Shown here: positions 7,197 to 16,944 of the stretch, piece by piece
How positions within the stretch are numbered: position 1 is the stretch's first letter
How the letters are laid out: each line of letters starts with the position of its first letter
IMG/VR virus record: IMGVR_UViG_3300020413_000042
Span: 1-32,326 of that record
Strand: one strand, 5' to 3'
From: a virus
Lineage: Duplodnaviria; Caudoviricetes
DNA length: 32,326 nucleotides
Notes under the pieces: generated by a model
What the model was told of the DNA's origin: nothing
Database searches by the model: none
Seen by the model: the letters and a program-made list of their open reading frames with translations, nothing else
Position numbers and translations under genes: made by a program

Positions 7197-8199
7197 ATTT
7201 TTCGTATCCTTTACCACATGGTTTACCTGTGATAGGGTCTGTTAATGCAGAATTTCCATATGTCCAATATGTTTCTGCATTTTGTATTGCACTATTTGCT
7301 TTATTCCATTCTCTACTTGCCTTACTACCTACTCCATGATAAATTGATGGTCTACCATCATATTTTAATATAGGAAAGTCTCTGTACATTGGCCCATCTT
7401 TATGCAAATAATGTATAAAAATTTGTCTTGCACTATCTCCAGCAAGTCTTTCTCTCCAATGTATTACATTACTTCCTTGATAAAATAATGCATCGCCTGG
7501 TTCTAGATTTACTGGTATACAGTTTTCTCTCTCATCAAAAGGACTTCCCATTGTTAAATCCCATGATGTGGTATTATCCATTCCACAATAATTCATATCA
7601 TTACGAACCCATATTGTCCATGGTTTATTATCATTGGTATCATATGATATAGGAAAAGTTGCACTAAACTCACATGATGGTCTATCAGTATGACTTAGTA
7701 ACCTTGAATGTCTGTCATAAGTTCTTCCATATGAATATGTTGGAACTAATCGAACACCAAATAAGTCTTCAACTTTCTTTTGATACATTAAAAGAATTGT
7801 TTCTCCATAATTTGGAAAAGGCATTCCTTTACTAACCCATGTATCTAATCCTTTACCTTTATCGTCAAAATTTGAACCAATAATATGTTCTTCACGATAA
7901 TATTGTTTTCTATGTTCTTGAAACTTAAACATGTGTTGAGTCCACTCAACATGTGTTTTATCAAAAAAGTTTCTTGCAACAAAGAATCTATTTTTGGCAA
8001 ATGAATAACCTTCTTTAGTTAATTCTGGTGCATCCTCTGGATGGTCTGTTTCTGGATTGAAAACTTTATTTCTTTCTTCAACCGAAAAATTATATCCTTT
8101 AAGAATTCTTTCTTGTATTTGTTTTACACTTTCAAGATGTTGTTCTTTTCTTTTTTGTTTTTCTTCTTTATTTACTCTTGCAAATTCTAAATGGCGCAT
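7189..8199 (-). CDS. 2OG-Fe(II) oxygenase-family protein
   Basis: PTYSYGRxY, HTDRPSCE (HxD), LEPGDAxxYxG, HWRE and QxFxHY motifs. Confidence 0.82.
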   Translation of the reverse strand: MRHLEFARVNKEEKQKRKEQHLESVKQIQERILKGYNFSVEERNKVFNPETDHPEDAPELTKEGYSFAKNRFFVARNFFDKTHVEWTQHMFKFQEHRKQYYREEHIIGSNFDDKGKGLDTWVSKGMPFPNYGETILLMYQKKVEDLFGVRLVPTYSYGRTYDRHSRLLSHTDRPSCEFSATFPISYDTNDNKPWTIWVRNDMNYCGMDNTTSWDLTMGSPFDERENCIPVNLEPGDALFYQGSNVIHWRERLAGDSARQIFIHYLHKDGPMYRDFPILKYDGRPSIYHGVGSKASREWNKANSAIQNAETYWTYGNSALTDPITGKPCGKGYEKYE

Positions 8200-10487
8200 G
8201 CGTCACATTCCTCATCATCTAATTCTTCCTTTACTGGAAGTGGTTCGTCTTTTACTTCGACAACCTCATCTGTCTTCATATCATATGTATTTTGGTAATA
8301 AGAAGTCTTCCATCCATATTTATAAGTTTTAAGAAGGTCTGTTGCCATCTCAGAGATAGGAACTTCGTTATTTTCATAGTTTTCTGGGTTATAAGACCAG
8401 TTACCACTAATACCTTGGTCAAAGAATTTCTGCATAACAGAAACTACTTTGATATATCCATCATTATCTTGCATATCCCATAATAATGTATAGAAGTTCT
8501 GCAATATTTGATATGATGGAACAACCTGTTTTAGAGGCCCTTTCTTAGACTTTTTAATAGTAATATAGTCTCTAGGTGGTTCTATACCATTTGTCTCATT
8601 AGAAACGACACTAGAGGACTCTGAGGGCATCTGTGCAGACAGTGTGCTATGTCTTAGTCCAAAACTCTCTATTGACTTTCTTAATTTATCCCAGTTCTCT
8701 TTATACACTGGTTTTGCAATTTCGTCAACATCTTTTTTATATGTATCAATAGGTAGTTTACCTTCTGCATATTTTGTTCTATCAAACCACTCACATTTAC
8801 CTTTTTCTTTTGCAAGTTTGTTTGATGCTCTTAATAAATTATATTGAAAACTTTCTGTAAGTTCATGCACTAATTTATGTGCTTCTGCATCACCATATTT
8901 AACTTTGTTCTTTGCAAGAAAATGTGCAAGTCCAATGTATCCAATACCTAAACTCCTTCTTGCCTTAGTTGATATTTCTGCAGCTCTTACTGGGTATCTT
9001 TGATAATCAATTAGTTCATCTAATCCACGAACTGACAGTTGACATAACTCTGGTAGTTCTTCTAGTTTAATTGCACCTACATTGATTGCAGATAGTATAC
9101 AAAGTGCAATCTCACCTTCTTCATCGTCTGGATGACTTATAGGTGTTGTAGGTAATGTTATTTCTTGACATAGATTACTCATGTTCACTTTGTCTAAGAA
9201 GGAACTATGACTATTACTATGGTCAATATTCTGAATATAGATTCTTCCTGTTTCTGCTCTTTCTTTGAGCATATCCATAAACAGTGTTCTTGCACTTACT
9301 TTCTTTTTAGGGATAGAATAAGCTCTCTCGTACTTTTCGTATAGTTCATCAAACTTATCTGTGCCAAATGCATCGTACAAATCAGGCACATCGTGAGGAG
9401 AAAACAAAGTGATATCCTCGTCTTTAATAAATCTCTCATAAAATAATTTAGATAATTGAATAGAATAGTCTAACTTTCTTACTCTATTATCTTCTGTTCC
9501 TTTATTGTTTTTGAGAACAATAATGTCCTCAATCTCTTGATGCCAGATTGGAAAATGGACAGTAGCCGAACCACCGCGGACTCCATTTTGAGTACAACAT
9601 CTAACTGTGGATTCAAATTTCTTGAGGAAAGGTATAACTCCTGTGTGCTGAACCTCTCCACCCCTAATTTTAGAATTGATTCCACGAATCCTACCAGCAT
9701 TGATACCAATACCAGCCCTCTGTGCAACATACCTACCAATAGCCATGTCACTAGAGAAAATACTTGGAAGAGTATCATCACTATCCACCAGAACACAGCT
9801 AGCAAATTGTCTAAGAGGGGTTCTGACTCCTGCCATAACTGGGGTTGGAATATTGATTTTAAATTGACTAATCGCGTCATAATATCTTTTAACATAATTT
9901 AACCTCGTTTCTTTAGGGTAGTCCTTAAATAGGACTGCACTAATCAAAATATACATAAATTGTGGAGACTCATACAATTTACCAGATGACCTGTCTTGCA
10001 CAAGGTATTTATCCACTACCTGTCTGAGACCTGCGTATGCAAACATTAGGTCTCTATTATGATTCAGATATGAATTTAATTTACTCCATTCTTCATCATC
10101 ATAATAACTTATCAATTCTTTGTCATAAACACCGATTTCTATATTTCTTTCTACTATATCCTTTAATGATGGATAGATTTTACTGTCTTTCCATTTGGTG
10201 TTAAAGACATCTTTACGAATTGCAAATAATAAAAGTCTTGCAGCTACATATTGATAATTTGGGGTATCCAATGATATCAAATCTGATGCAGATTTTATTA
10301 ATGTGTCTTGAATCTCTTGAGTTGTGACTCCATCATAAAAAGATAAGTTTGCACTCATTTCAACCTGTGATGCAGAAACCCCATTGATACCATCACATGC
10401 AGCTTCTACCATTTTATGAATTTTATCTAGATTTAAATTTTCTTTTGACCCATCCCTCTTTACTATACTAAGTCCATTACCATTCAC
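8187..10487 (-). CDS. nrdA: ribonucleotide reductase class Ia alpha subunit with ATP cone
   Basis: VKRDG ATP cone, QFASC, SNLCQEI, YY pair, C-terminal CDAC; GTG start. Confidence 0.98.
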   Translation of the reverse strand: MNGNGLSIVKRDGSKENLNLDKIHKMVEAACDGINGVSASQVEMSANLSFYDGVTTQEIQDTLIKSASDLISLDTPNYQYVAARLLLFAIRKDVFNTKWKDSKIYPSLKDIVERNIEIGVYDKELISYYDDEEWSKLNSYLNHNRDLMFAYAGLRQVVDKYLVQDRSSGKLYESPQFMYILISAVLFKDYPKETRLNYVKRYYDAISQFKINIPTPVMAGVRTPLRQFASCVLVDSDDTLPSIFSSDMAIGRYVAQRAGIGINAGRIRGINSKIRGGEVQHTGVIPFLKKFESTVRCCTQNGVRGGSATVHFPIWHQEIEDIIVLKNNKGTEDNRVRKLDYSIQLSKLFYERFIKDEDITLFSPHDVPDLYDAFGTDKFDELYEKYERAYSIPKKKVSARTLFMDMLKERAETGRIYIQNIDHSNSHSSFLDKVNMSNLCQEITLPTTPISHPDDEEGEIALCILSAINVGAIKLEELPELCQLSVRGLDELIDYQRYPVRAAEISTKARRSLGIGYIGLAHFLAKNKVKYGDAEAHKLVHELTESFQYNLLRASNKLAKEKGKCEWFDRTKYAEGKLPIDTYKKDVDEIAKPVYKENWDKLRKSIESFGLRHSTLSAQMPSESSSVVSNETNGIEPPRDYITIKKSKKGPLKQVVPSYQILQNFYTLLWDMQDNDGYIKVVSVMQKFFDQGISGNWSYNPENYENNEVPISEMATDLLKTYKYGWKTSYYQNTYDMKTDEVVEVKDEPLPVKEELDDEECDACAI

Positions 10488-11482
10488 TATACTTTACTCC
10501 AGTTATTAATTGCAAGGGATAATTCTAAACCTTGTCTTGTATTCTCGTCTATCACATCTTTGACTGGGGAATTCATTCCTTCTAACCACATGTCATTGAT
10601 ATCTTTTTCTTTTATTGTCTCGGGCCACACACAAACTTTGTATCCAAGCTCTGACATCTTTTTCATCTTTTTGATGATTTCTTTATTCCTTGGTTCATTA
10701 TCAAAGACAAGAGTTGAATTACTCTTGGATATTTCGTTTGTTACCTTGGAGAAGTCTGAACCAGCGACTGCAATGCAGTTGTCCAGAAATAAAGAGTCAA
10801 TTGGCCCTTCAACAACATAAAGAGGTTGGTTGAAATCAACTTTGTCGAGATTGAAAATAAGTGGTTTTTCTTCATCGAATCGTAGTGTTAAATATCTCAG
10901 TTGTGAATCATTTAATGCTCTACCTGTGACTCCTATGAGATTTTTTTGTCTATCATAGAAGGGTAAAACTAGTCTTGGGTCGTTTCCTAAAACTCTCTTA
11001 TTATACTTATAATTTATTGAACTTAGACTTTGTGCAGACTCAACAAAGTACATGTCTTTCCAGTGTTCGTATGGTATATCTCTTGAAGTCAAATAGTCAA
11101 CACATAGTTTACTATCTTCTGCTTTAGGATATTTACCAAGTGGGTTTTCTTTAAACTTTGGTGGTTTAAAAGTAAAGTTCTGTTGTGCAACTGGTCTGGT
11201 ATCATTCTTCTTACCGAATCTTTCCATGACCCATTGTTTATACAACATTTCATCGTGGTCTTTGAGAAAAATACCTATATTAGTTGAATGTCCACAATTG
11301 TGACATTTATAGACATAGGTATCCTTATGTTGAAAGTGATACCCTCTTGCTTTCAACTGGTTCTTAGAACTGTCTCCACAATAAGGACATGAATGGTTAA
11401 GAACTTTATCGTCCTTCCATTTCACATTACGAAATTTAGGGGATACCAGTTTAAGGTATTTTTTATCAATCCACAAAGACAT
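10487..11482 (-). CDS. 61: T4-like DNA primase gp61
   Basis: CPYCGDS..CHNC zinc finger; TOPRIM motifs EGPIDSLF, FDNEPRN and KDIND. Confidence 0.95.
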   Translation of the reverse strand: MSLWIDKKYLKLVSPKFRNVKWKDDKVLNHSCPYCGDSSKNQLKARGYHFQHKDTYVYKCHNCGHSTNIGIFLKDHDEMLYKQWVMERFGKKNDTRPVAQQNFTFKPPKFKENPLGKYPKAEDSKLCVDYLTSRDIPYEHWKDMYFVESAQSLSSINYKYNKRVLGNDPRLVLPFYDRQKNLIGVTGRALNDSQLRYLTLRFDEEKPLIFNLDKVDFNQPLYVVEGPIDSLFLDNCIAVAGSDFSKVTNEISKSNSTLVFDNEPRNKEIIKKMKKMSELGYKVCVWPETIKEKDINDMWLEGMNSPVKDVIDENTRQGLELSLAINNWSKV

Positions 11483-11488
11483 ATACCT

Positions 11489-11516
11489 ATAATACTATAT
11501 AATTGGTATTTGTCAA
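11489..11516 (-). promoter_or_regulatory. sigma70-type promoter for primase
   Basis: TTGACA-16 nt-TATTAT, ATG 6 nt downstream. Confidence 0.55.
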
Positions 11517-11521
11517 GGTAA

Positions 11522-11543
11522 TAATCCCTCTCTCTTGGGATTA
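11522..11543 (-). terminator. hairpin after the spanin genes
   Basis: TAATCCC-8 nt-GGGATTA stem, weak T-tract. Confidence 0.4.
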
Positions 11544-11557
11544 CTTAGACATTGGTT

Positions 11558-12088
11558 TTAGTTTTTCTTTATAACTGCAGCTTGACCCTGTGAGGTAGAA
11601 CCATCTGGGTTCTTAATGGTGACATTTCTGTAGTAAACTACTACTTCTTGTACTTCACGAATGTATCTTCGTAATTCTTGCATATTATATGCAAGGAGTT
11701 CATAATCACTGACCGAAAATGCAACAAAGACGACATCACCATTATTCATCTTTTTCATATCATCTATGAATCTATCAAGATAGGTGTAATCTTCTGGCCA
11801 ATCTGGGTTTTCTTTACCCAAATCACATACCCATTTACCATCTACTTTGGTTCTAGGTCTTTTACCTTCTTCATTTTTGATACATGGATTTGCAATCTTA
11901 GCTTCAGATACTACATAAAACCTAGGTTCTTTTAAATCAATGTTCCTAGGCATTGTTGGTTGTAATATATCTATTTCTAATGGTTTGGATACAATATCTA
12001 CTTTCTTAGTCCCAAAACTAGCACAACTAGTTGTTAGGATTAATATCAGCGGAAGGGTCGTCCAAAGAATCCAATTCTTTACTGTCAT
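11558..12088 (-). CDS. outer-membrane lipoprotein, o-spanin (Rz1-like)
   Basis: Lipobox LTTS-C after a hydrophobic signal; DYExLAxNMQELRRYI..VxYY tail; overlaps the i-spanin. Confidence 0.75.
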   Translation of the reverse strand: MTVKNWILWTTLPLILILTTSCASFGTKKVDIVSKPLEIDILQPTMPRNIDLKEPRFYVVSEAKIANPCIKNEEGKRPRTKVDGKWVCDLGKENPDWPEDYTYLDRFIDDMKKMNNGDVVFVAFSVSDYELLAYNMQELRRYIREVQEVVVYYRNVTIKNPDGSTSQGQAAVIKKN

Positions 12089-12422
12089 TTTCTATACTCT
12101 CAAAAACTTGTGCAGTTCCATCGTTGATTCTTTTTTCAATCATTCCTGGCTTTGCAATTGCAAGTTGGTTTAAATTATGTCTTCTAAAAATGTCAAGATA
12201 TTGATTCATTTCTTGTTCAATCTGAGCATTTTTTTGCATCATTTGTTGTAAGGATTTACCTTGTTTTTCAAATGATTCTTTCATTGCAGTCATGGCTGCT
12301 TGTTGTTCCTCAACTGCACCTTCAAGTGCAAGATTGTTTGCACTTAATGTTTGATTTTGATTATAAAGATAAAAGGTTGCAAGACCTAATATCAATATAA
12401 TTCCCATAAACATTTGATTCAT
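12027..12422 (-). CDS. inner-membrane spanin (Rz-like)
   Basis: N-terminal TM, long coiled coil, LAxAKPGxIEKRIN motif. Confidence 0.75.
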   Translation of the reverse strand: MNQMFMGIILILGLATFYLYNQNQTLSANNLALEGAVEEQQAAMTAMKESFEKQGKSLQQMMQKNAQIEQEMNQYLDIFRRHNLNQLAIAKPGMIEKRINDGTAQVFESIENDSKELDSLDDPSADINPNN

Positions 12423-12640
12423 TATGAATATTCCTCAATGTATTTTTTTACATCACCTACAGTAATTAGATTATCTGTATCTTCATCTGGTATTTGCATA
12501 TCATATGCATTTTCAAACTTCATAACAAGTTCTACTGTATGTAATGAATCTGCACCCAAATCTTCCATAATTTTACTATCGTCATTTATAATTGATACAT
12601 CTATGTGTAAATGGTCTGCAATAATTTGTTCTACTGACAT
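12422..12640 (-). CDS. acpP: acyl carrier protein
   Basis: EDLGADSL phosphopantetheine site, VELVM, IPDE and TVGD motifs. Confidence 0.92.
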   Translation of the reverse strand: MSVEQIIADHLHIDVSIINDDSKIMEDLGADSLHTVELVMKFENAYDMQIPDEDTDNLITVGDVKKYIEEYS

Positions 12641-12641
12641 T

Positions 12642-12893
12642 TTATAACTCTTTTATTATATAGTGTAACCCACCAGCACTTCTAAATTCTACAAGACAAT
12701 CATCTTCATCTTTGAATTTTAAGTGTCTTTCTGTTTGTTTATAAATTTTTTTTGCAATATATTTTTTATCATCTGCATCACCATATTCTCTGTTAAATGA
12801 TACAGTTACTTCATATCTTTCTCTGAATAAGTCTATGAACCACCAAAATGCAAACTTAATCCACTCCCAAATCTTAGTTATCCACTTTTGCAC
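12642..12893 (-). CDS. hypothetical protein (~83 aa) with amphipathic Trp-rich N-terminus
   Basis: GTG at 12893 with a GGAG SD gives a short overlap; the track's start at 12992 would overlap 119 nt of a conserved domain. Confidence 0.6.
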   Translation of the reverse strand: MQKWITKIWEWIKFAFWWFIDLFRERYEVTVSFNREYGDADDKKYIAKKIYKQTERHLKFKDEDDCLVEFRSAGGLHYIIKEL

Positions 12894-14148
12894 TTGCTCT
12901 CCACTGATAACATGACCAATATCTTGCTTTATATTTAGGGCCTGGGTCTGCACAATTATGTCTTGCTCTAAATGATTTTCTTCGTTCTGCATTGTCTCTG
13001 TTTATACCCATCTTAGGGTCTCCAAAACGAACCACCACGACCTTTCCTTTCTCATTCTTTACATAGACCTTAAACTTCTTGTTAGGGTTCTCAGAAGTCC
13101 TTATAGGGTCATTTAAATTGACTTTCTTACCTTGATACTCTGCTTCTGTAATCATATGGTCATAGTAACCAAGACATTCTGCACAACATTCTTCCTGTGC
13201 TTTTTTGATTTGGTCTGGAGTAGGAGCTCCTTTCTCACCCTTTTTCCTCATCTTCTCACCAGAACCAGCTTTAATTCTTGCCTTTTTCTTTCTGATATTA
13301 TCCCAGAGACCTTCTTGTATGTCTGTCTCTTCAAACATAGGTATAAGTGCCTTAACTACTTGACCTAATACTGCTGGGTCTATACTTGCAATAAACTCAG
13401 ATTCTTTTCTTTTTAAATTTCTAATCTTCTTAATTTTGTTATGTATATTAGTATACTTTGCACCCTCTTCTAGGTCTTCACCTAGTTTTAAAAATAATTT
13501 ACCTTTTGATTGTTTCTGGTCTGTTGCTTTCATTCCTACCATCTTTGCAATATTGTTAATATATGCAAGACCATCTTTTGCATTTTGTTTATATTTTTTA
13601 CCCATCTCAGACTTAAGTTTTTTAATAATTACACTAAGCACTTGTTCAACACTTGTTACTAACTTACCATCTACTAGAAGTCTTGATTCTTGAACATTTG
13701 TAAGATGATGTGCAAGTTCTCTTCCCTCAGTTGCAAGTGAACCTTTAAGAACAACTTTTTTCTTTTCTTTTTCTTTGTCTTTTACATGAGGTGGATGTTC
13801 GTCTTCGTCACCAGCAACAATCATACCTATTTGATTTATTAAAGATGTAATAACTGGTGTAGGTAATGTAGATAATTGTTGTATAGTGTCTTTAGAAATA
13901 CCTTTAACATTCTTTAATTTCTTTTTCCAAGAAGAGATTGCAGTCATATCTTTTTTTGCTTCAAACATTTCTTGGCCAGGTGTATCTTCTATATACCTTT
14001 TTAAAAGTTCTGGTGTTCCTACTTCTCTATAACCAGAATTATCTTTCTTTTTCTTTTTACGAACAATAGGTTTATTAGTCGACACTGCATCTCCAGTTGC
14101 ATTGACTGGTGCATCTTCGAACATATCTTTAAACCTTTTTATTTTCAT
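12874..14148 (-). CDS. modular basic protein, putative internal head protein with C-terminal DUF6321-like domain
   Basis: CTS-like start MKIKRFKDMFE; many hydrophobic-x-E sites; AEYQGKKV..RFGDP..RRKSFRARHNC..ARYWSC. Confidence 0.75.
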   Translation of the reverse strand: MKIKRFKDMFEDAPVNATGDAVSTNKPIVRKKKKKDNSGYREVGTPELLKRYIEDTPGQEMFEAKKDMTAISSWKKKLKNVKGISKDTIQQLSTLPTPVITSLINQIGMIVAGDEDEHPPHVKDKEKEKKKVVLKGSLATEGRELAHHLTNVQESRLLVDGKLVTSVEQVLSVIIKKLKSEMGKKYKQNAKDGLAYINNIAKMVGMKATDQKQSKGKLFLKLGEDLEEGAKYTNIHNKIKKIRNLKRKESEFIASIDPAVLGQVVKALIPMFEETDIQEGLWDNIRKKKARIKAGSGEKMRKKGEKGAPTPDQIKKAQEECCAECLGYYDHMITEAEYQGKKVNLNDPIRTSENPNKKFKVYVKNEKGKVVVVRFGDPKMGINRDNAERRKSFRARHNCADPGPKYKARYWSCYQWRASAKVDN

Positions 14149-15236
14149 GCTACACTCTCTAATGGTTTACTTAATTCTTCCCATGATGTTTCATAATCTG
14201 ATTCAGAGTCAATCCATTGTGAAACACCTAACTGTTCATATTTAGGTAAAAGTCTATCTGGAAGTAGTCCAATCTTCTTAAGATTAGGCATAACTCTGTT
14301 AAATAATAGATATTGAAATTGTGAACTTAATGTATTTTCTCTAGACCACTCGTCTGTATATTCTAAATCAAATCCCCATTTTTCCCAAACTTCATATTGT
14401 TTAAATCTATTTCTCATAACAGTACATGCTTCCAAACAAAAATCTTCTCTTTCTATTCTTTCTTCTTCTGTTAATGTTGTAACAAAACTTGTTAAATAAT
14501 TTACACCAAATGTTACATGTCTTGCTTCATCACGAATTACAAGTCCTAACAATCTTTTAAATACTGGGTCTTGAGTAGTATCTCTTATAGTATTAAAAAT
14601 TGCAAGTGCAAGTCCTTCTATAATAATTTGCATTCCTATGAATTTAAAATCCCATCTTGGGTCTGTGAGTATCTTATCGAGTAATGCTTTTAAATTATTT
14701 CCAATAGGCATAATTCTACCTATTCTAGTTTGTAAGTATTTGTTGAATGCTTCTACATGTCTTGCCTCATCAAAGGTCTGAGAAGCTGCATATAGTTTTG
14801 CATTGAATGTTGGAGCACAACTTGTAAGTTGAGATGCAACTAATAATGCACCTTGTTCACCATGCATAAGTTGACTTATAGTCCAATCTTGACTATCCTT
14901 GATAAACTGACATCTATCTTCATAGGATAACTTTGCATAATCTTTATGGTTTTTCCATTGGTCATCCATAAACTTAAAACCATCATCACTAAATTCTGGA
15001 TAAGGAATACTCCAATCTACATCCTTTTCTACATTCCACTCTAATTCTTTACCAAGTTCATATAGTTTTTTTATACGATTATCTTGAACCTTATAATCCC
15101 AGTTGTAACAACCAGTTAATGGTGTATTAAATATTTCTACAACATCTTCTGGATTTAATTCTTGTTCGACTGGATAGTTTGCACCCTCAAAAAGTTTATC
15201 TTCTTTTGGTGGATTATCTACTTTAGATATTTTCAT
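14145..15236 (-). CDS. ferritin-like diiron oxygenase (AurF-like)
   Basis: HGEQGAL, DEARH, IEGLA and a second DEARH: paired ExxH diiron ligands. Confidence 0.85.
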   Translation of the reverse strand: MKISKVDNPPKEDKLFEGANYPVEQELNPEDVVEIFNTPLTGCYNWDYKVQDNRIKKLYELGKELEWNVEKDVDWSIPYPEFSDDGFKFMDDQWKNHKDYAKLSYEDRCQFIKDSQDWTISQLMHGEQGALLVASQLTSCAPTFNAKLYAASQTFDEARHVEAFNKYLQTRIGRIMPIGNNLKALLDKILTDPRWDFKFIGMQIIIEGLALAIFNTIRDTTQDPVFKRLLGLVIRDEARHVTFGVNYLTSFVTTLTEEERIEREDFCLEACTVMRNRFKQYEVWEKWGFDLEYTDEWSRENTLSSQFQYLLFNRVMPNLKKIGLLPDRLLPKYEQLGVSQWIDSESDYETSWEELSKPLESVA

Positions 15237-15817
15237 TTTACATCATGTCCTGTGATTAACATTGATTGGTCTTGAGACCTATTGTAAACACGATAAATGT
15301 CTACTCCCATTACAGTATCAGTTTTACCTAATACTTGAACATAGTCACCCCTATGACCTATGTTATCTTCTTCATTCCAAACTGATTGTCTTAGTTCGTA
15401 TTCTTTTCCTTTTTGTAAATTGTTCATATTATTATGACCTTCTAATAGGTCAATTACTAAATCATTTTCTTTTAAGTATGTGTAGAACGATTCTTCTAGA
15501 TATTTTCCATCTATTTCAAAATGTTCTTTGAGAAGTGCTAACGATGCAGCGTAAGATGCAAGTCTGGTTCTACCAAATGGTAGAAGTTCTAAGACTCTTT
15601 TTAAATTAAATACTAATCTATGTAGTAGTGTGAATGAGTTTTTTTCTTCTGAGGTTTTAGGTTTTTTGGTTTTTATTCTTTTACCATTGTCATCAATAAG
15701 ACCAAACTTATATGCGTCCATCTCATTCCATTTTCTGGTCATCATTTTAAGAATACGAAATACAATAACTGTATCGACTACATTCATTGCACCTTCTTTT
15801 AATTGTACCTGTGTCAT
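15233..15817 (-). CDS. conserved T4-like hypothetical protein (194 aa)
   Basis: D..FRxLK..W...AYKxGxIDxNG..LHRLVFNLKR pattern. Confidence 0.75.
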   Translation of the reverse strand: MTQVQLKEGAMNVVDTVIVFRILKMMTRKWNEMDAYKFGLIDDNGKRIKTKKPKTSEEKNSFTLLHRLVFNLKRVLELLPFGRTRLASYAASLALLKEHFEIDGKYLEESFYTYLKENDLVIDLLEGHNNMNNLQKGKEYELRQSVWNEEDNIGHRGDYVQVLGKTDTVMGVDIYRVYNRSQDQSMLITGHDVK

Positions 15818-16182
15818 AATTCTCTTAATGTTCCTGCTACTTCCATATCTACTGGTATTTCAGTCTTCCAATCTTCTTTCACATAGTCCATATAGATTAA
15901 ACAAGTTTTAAGTACAGGCCAGTACTCCAAGTCAATTTTGAATTCTAACATTTTTATTGTGTTATCAAATCCAAAAATATTGAAAATGACGATGAGGTGA
16001 TTAAGAATTAATCGTTCTCTGAGTTCACCATTTTTATAGTATCTTCGTAATAGTCTTTTTAAATATCTAAACCTACGAAGGTCTTCCATGAACTCTTCCA
16101 TCGATGTGCATTGAGGGTTATCATAACACTGCATTGCAAACATCGTGAAATTTTCATCTGTCAACTTTTCAAATAATTTCAT
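15814..16182 (-). CDS. conserved T4-like hypothetical protein (DUF7207-like)
   Basis: FAMxxYDNPQC..EFxEDL.RF.YLKRL..ERLILNH..NxFG pattern. Confidence 0.8.
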   Translation of the reverse strand: MKLFEKLTDENFTMFAMQCYDNPQCTSMEEFMEDLRRFRYLKRLLRRYYKNGELRERLILNHLIVIFNIFGFDNTIKMLEFKIDLEYWPVLKTCLIYMDYVKEDWKTEIPVDMEVAGTLREL

Positions 16183-16232
16183 AATTTATATCCTACTATT
16201 ATAGTAGTATATAGGTAAATTAAAAGAAAAGT

Positions 16233-16658
16233 TTATCTGATATCTGCAACTACTTTGAACATCTTGTTAGGCATTCTTTCGTATTCAACATGCATAGACA
16301 ACTCAGGCCCTTTAGATGAAATAAAATCGTCATCTAAATCATTTCCTTCTTCGTCTTTACCCATTCTACCACCATATTGTGTAATAGGTAAATCCATTGA
16401 ACCAGAATCAGATACATCTTCATCGATAATTGTATCAAATTCTATTCCAACTTGTTCTACTTTTCTGTATAATTGTTCTAAAGCAGCTTGAACTGTAATG
16501 TGTTCTCTGTCTGCAATATCACCTATCCAAGTGTTTAATTTAGACAAAATTCCTTTATCAGATGAGAATTGATGCAAATCACTTACATCAACTCTACCTG
16601 TTACATCGGATGATTGACTTTCGTATGCTTCTTGTATGTATTTTCTAAATGATTTCAT
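16233..16658 (-). CDS. acidic protein with CTS-like N-terminus
   Basis: Start MKSFRKYIQE at 16658 with GAAGG SD; QYGGRxG motif. Confidence 0.75.
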   Translation of the reverse strand: MKSFRKYIQEAYESQSSDVTGRVDVSDLHQFSSDKGILSKLNTWIGDIADREHITVQAALEQLYRKVEQVGIEFDTIIDEDVSDSGSMDLPITQYGGRMGKDEEGNDLDDDFISSKGPELSMHVEYERMPNKMFKVVADIR

Positions 16659-16662
16659 AGTT

Positions 16663-16932
16663 TTAACCTTCGACACTTACTGCAACACCCAATACTGCAG
16701 CGTTAGCTGCAAATAATTGGTCTGTTGCATCTTTTTTGACTACGATGGATTCACCACCAGCAATCGTAAAAGTTCCGATATCAGTTCCATCTGATTGTTC
16801 TAGTGTTACTAAGTGTCTTGTTGTACTTGCACCAGAATTAAATAGTCTTACATATATTGCACGACTAAAATTAGAAGCTGCACCTGTGGATGTTCCTAAT
16901 GCAGCCTCTGTTCCTTTAATAATATAGTTCAT
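16663..16932 (-). CDS. small Ala/Thr/Gly-rich putative virion structural protein
   Basis: Beta-rich VRLxN..GTFT..GES..KxxxD pattern; late unit; GGAG SD. Confidence 0.65.
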   Translation of the reverse strand: MNYIIKGTEAALGTSTGAASNFSRAIYVRLFNSGASTTRHLVTLEQSDGTDIGTFTIAGGESIVVKKDATDQLFAANAAVLGVAVSVEG

Positions 16933-16944
16933 TTGTTACTCCAA

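Noticed and set aside
9479-9895. 138-aa alternative minus-strand ORF inside nrdA
   Set aside because: Off-frame within a highly conserved gene; no recognisable features
6096-10487. Introns or inteins in nrdA/nrdB
   Set aside because: Both frames are continuous and of normal length, with no intein splice motifs seen
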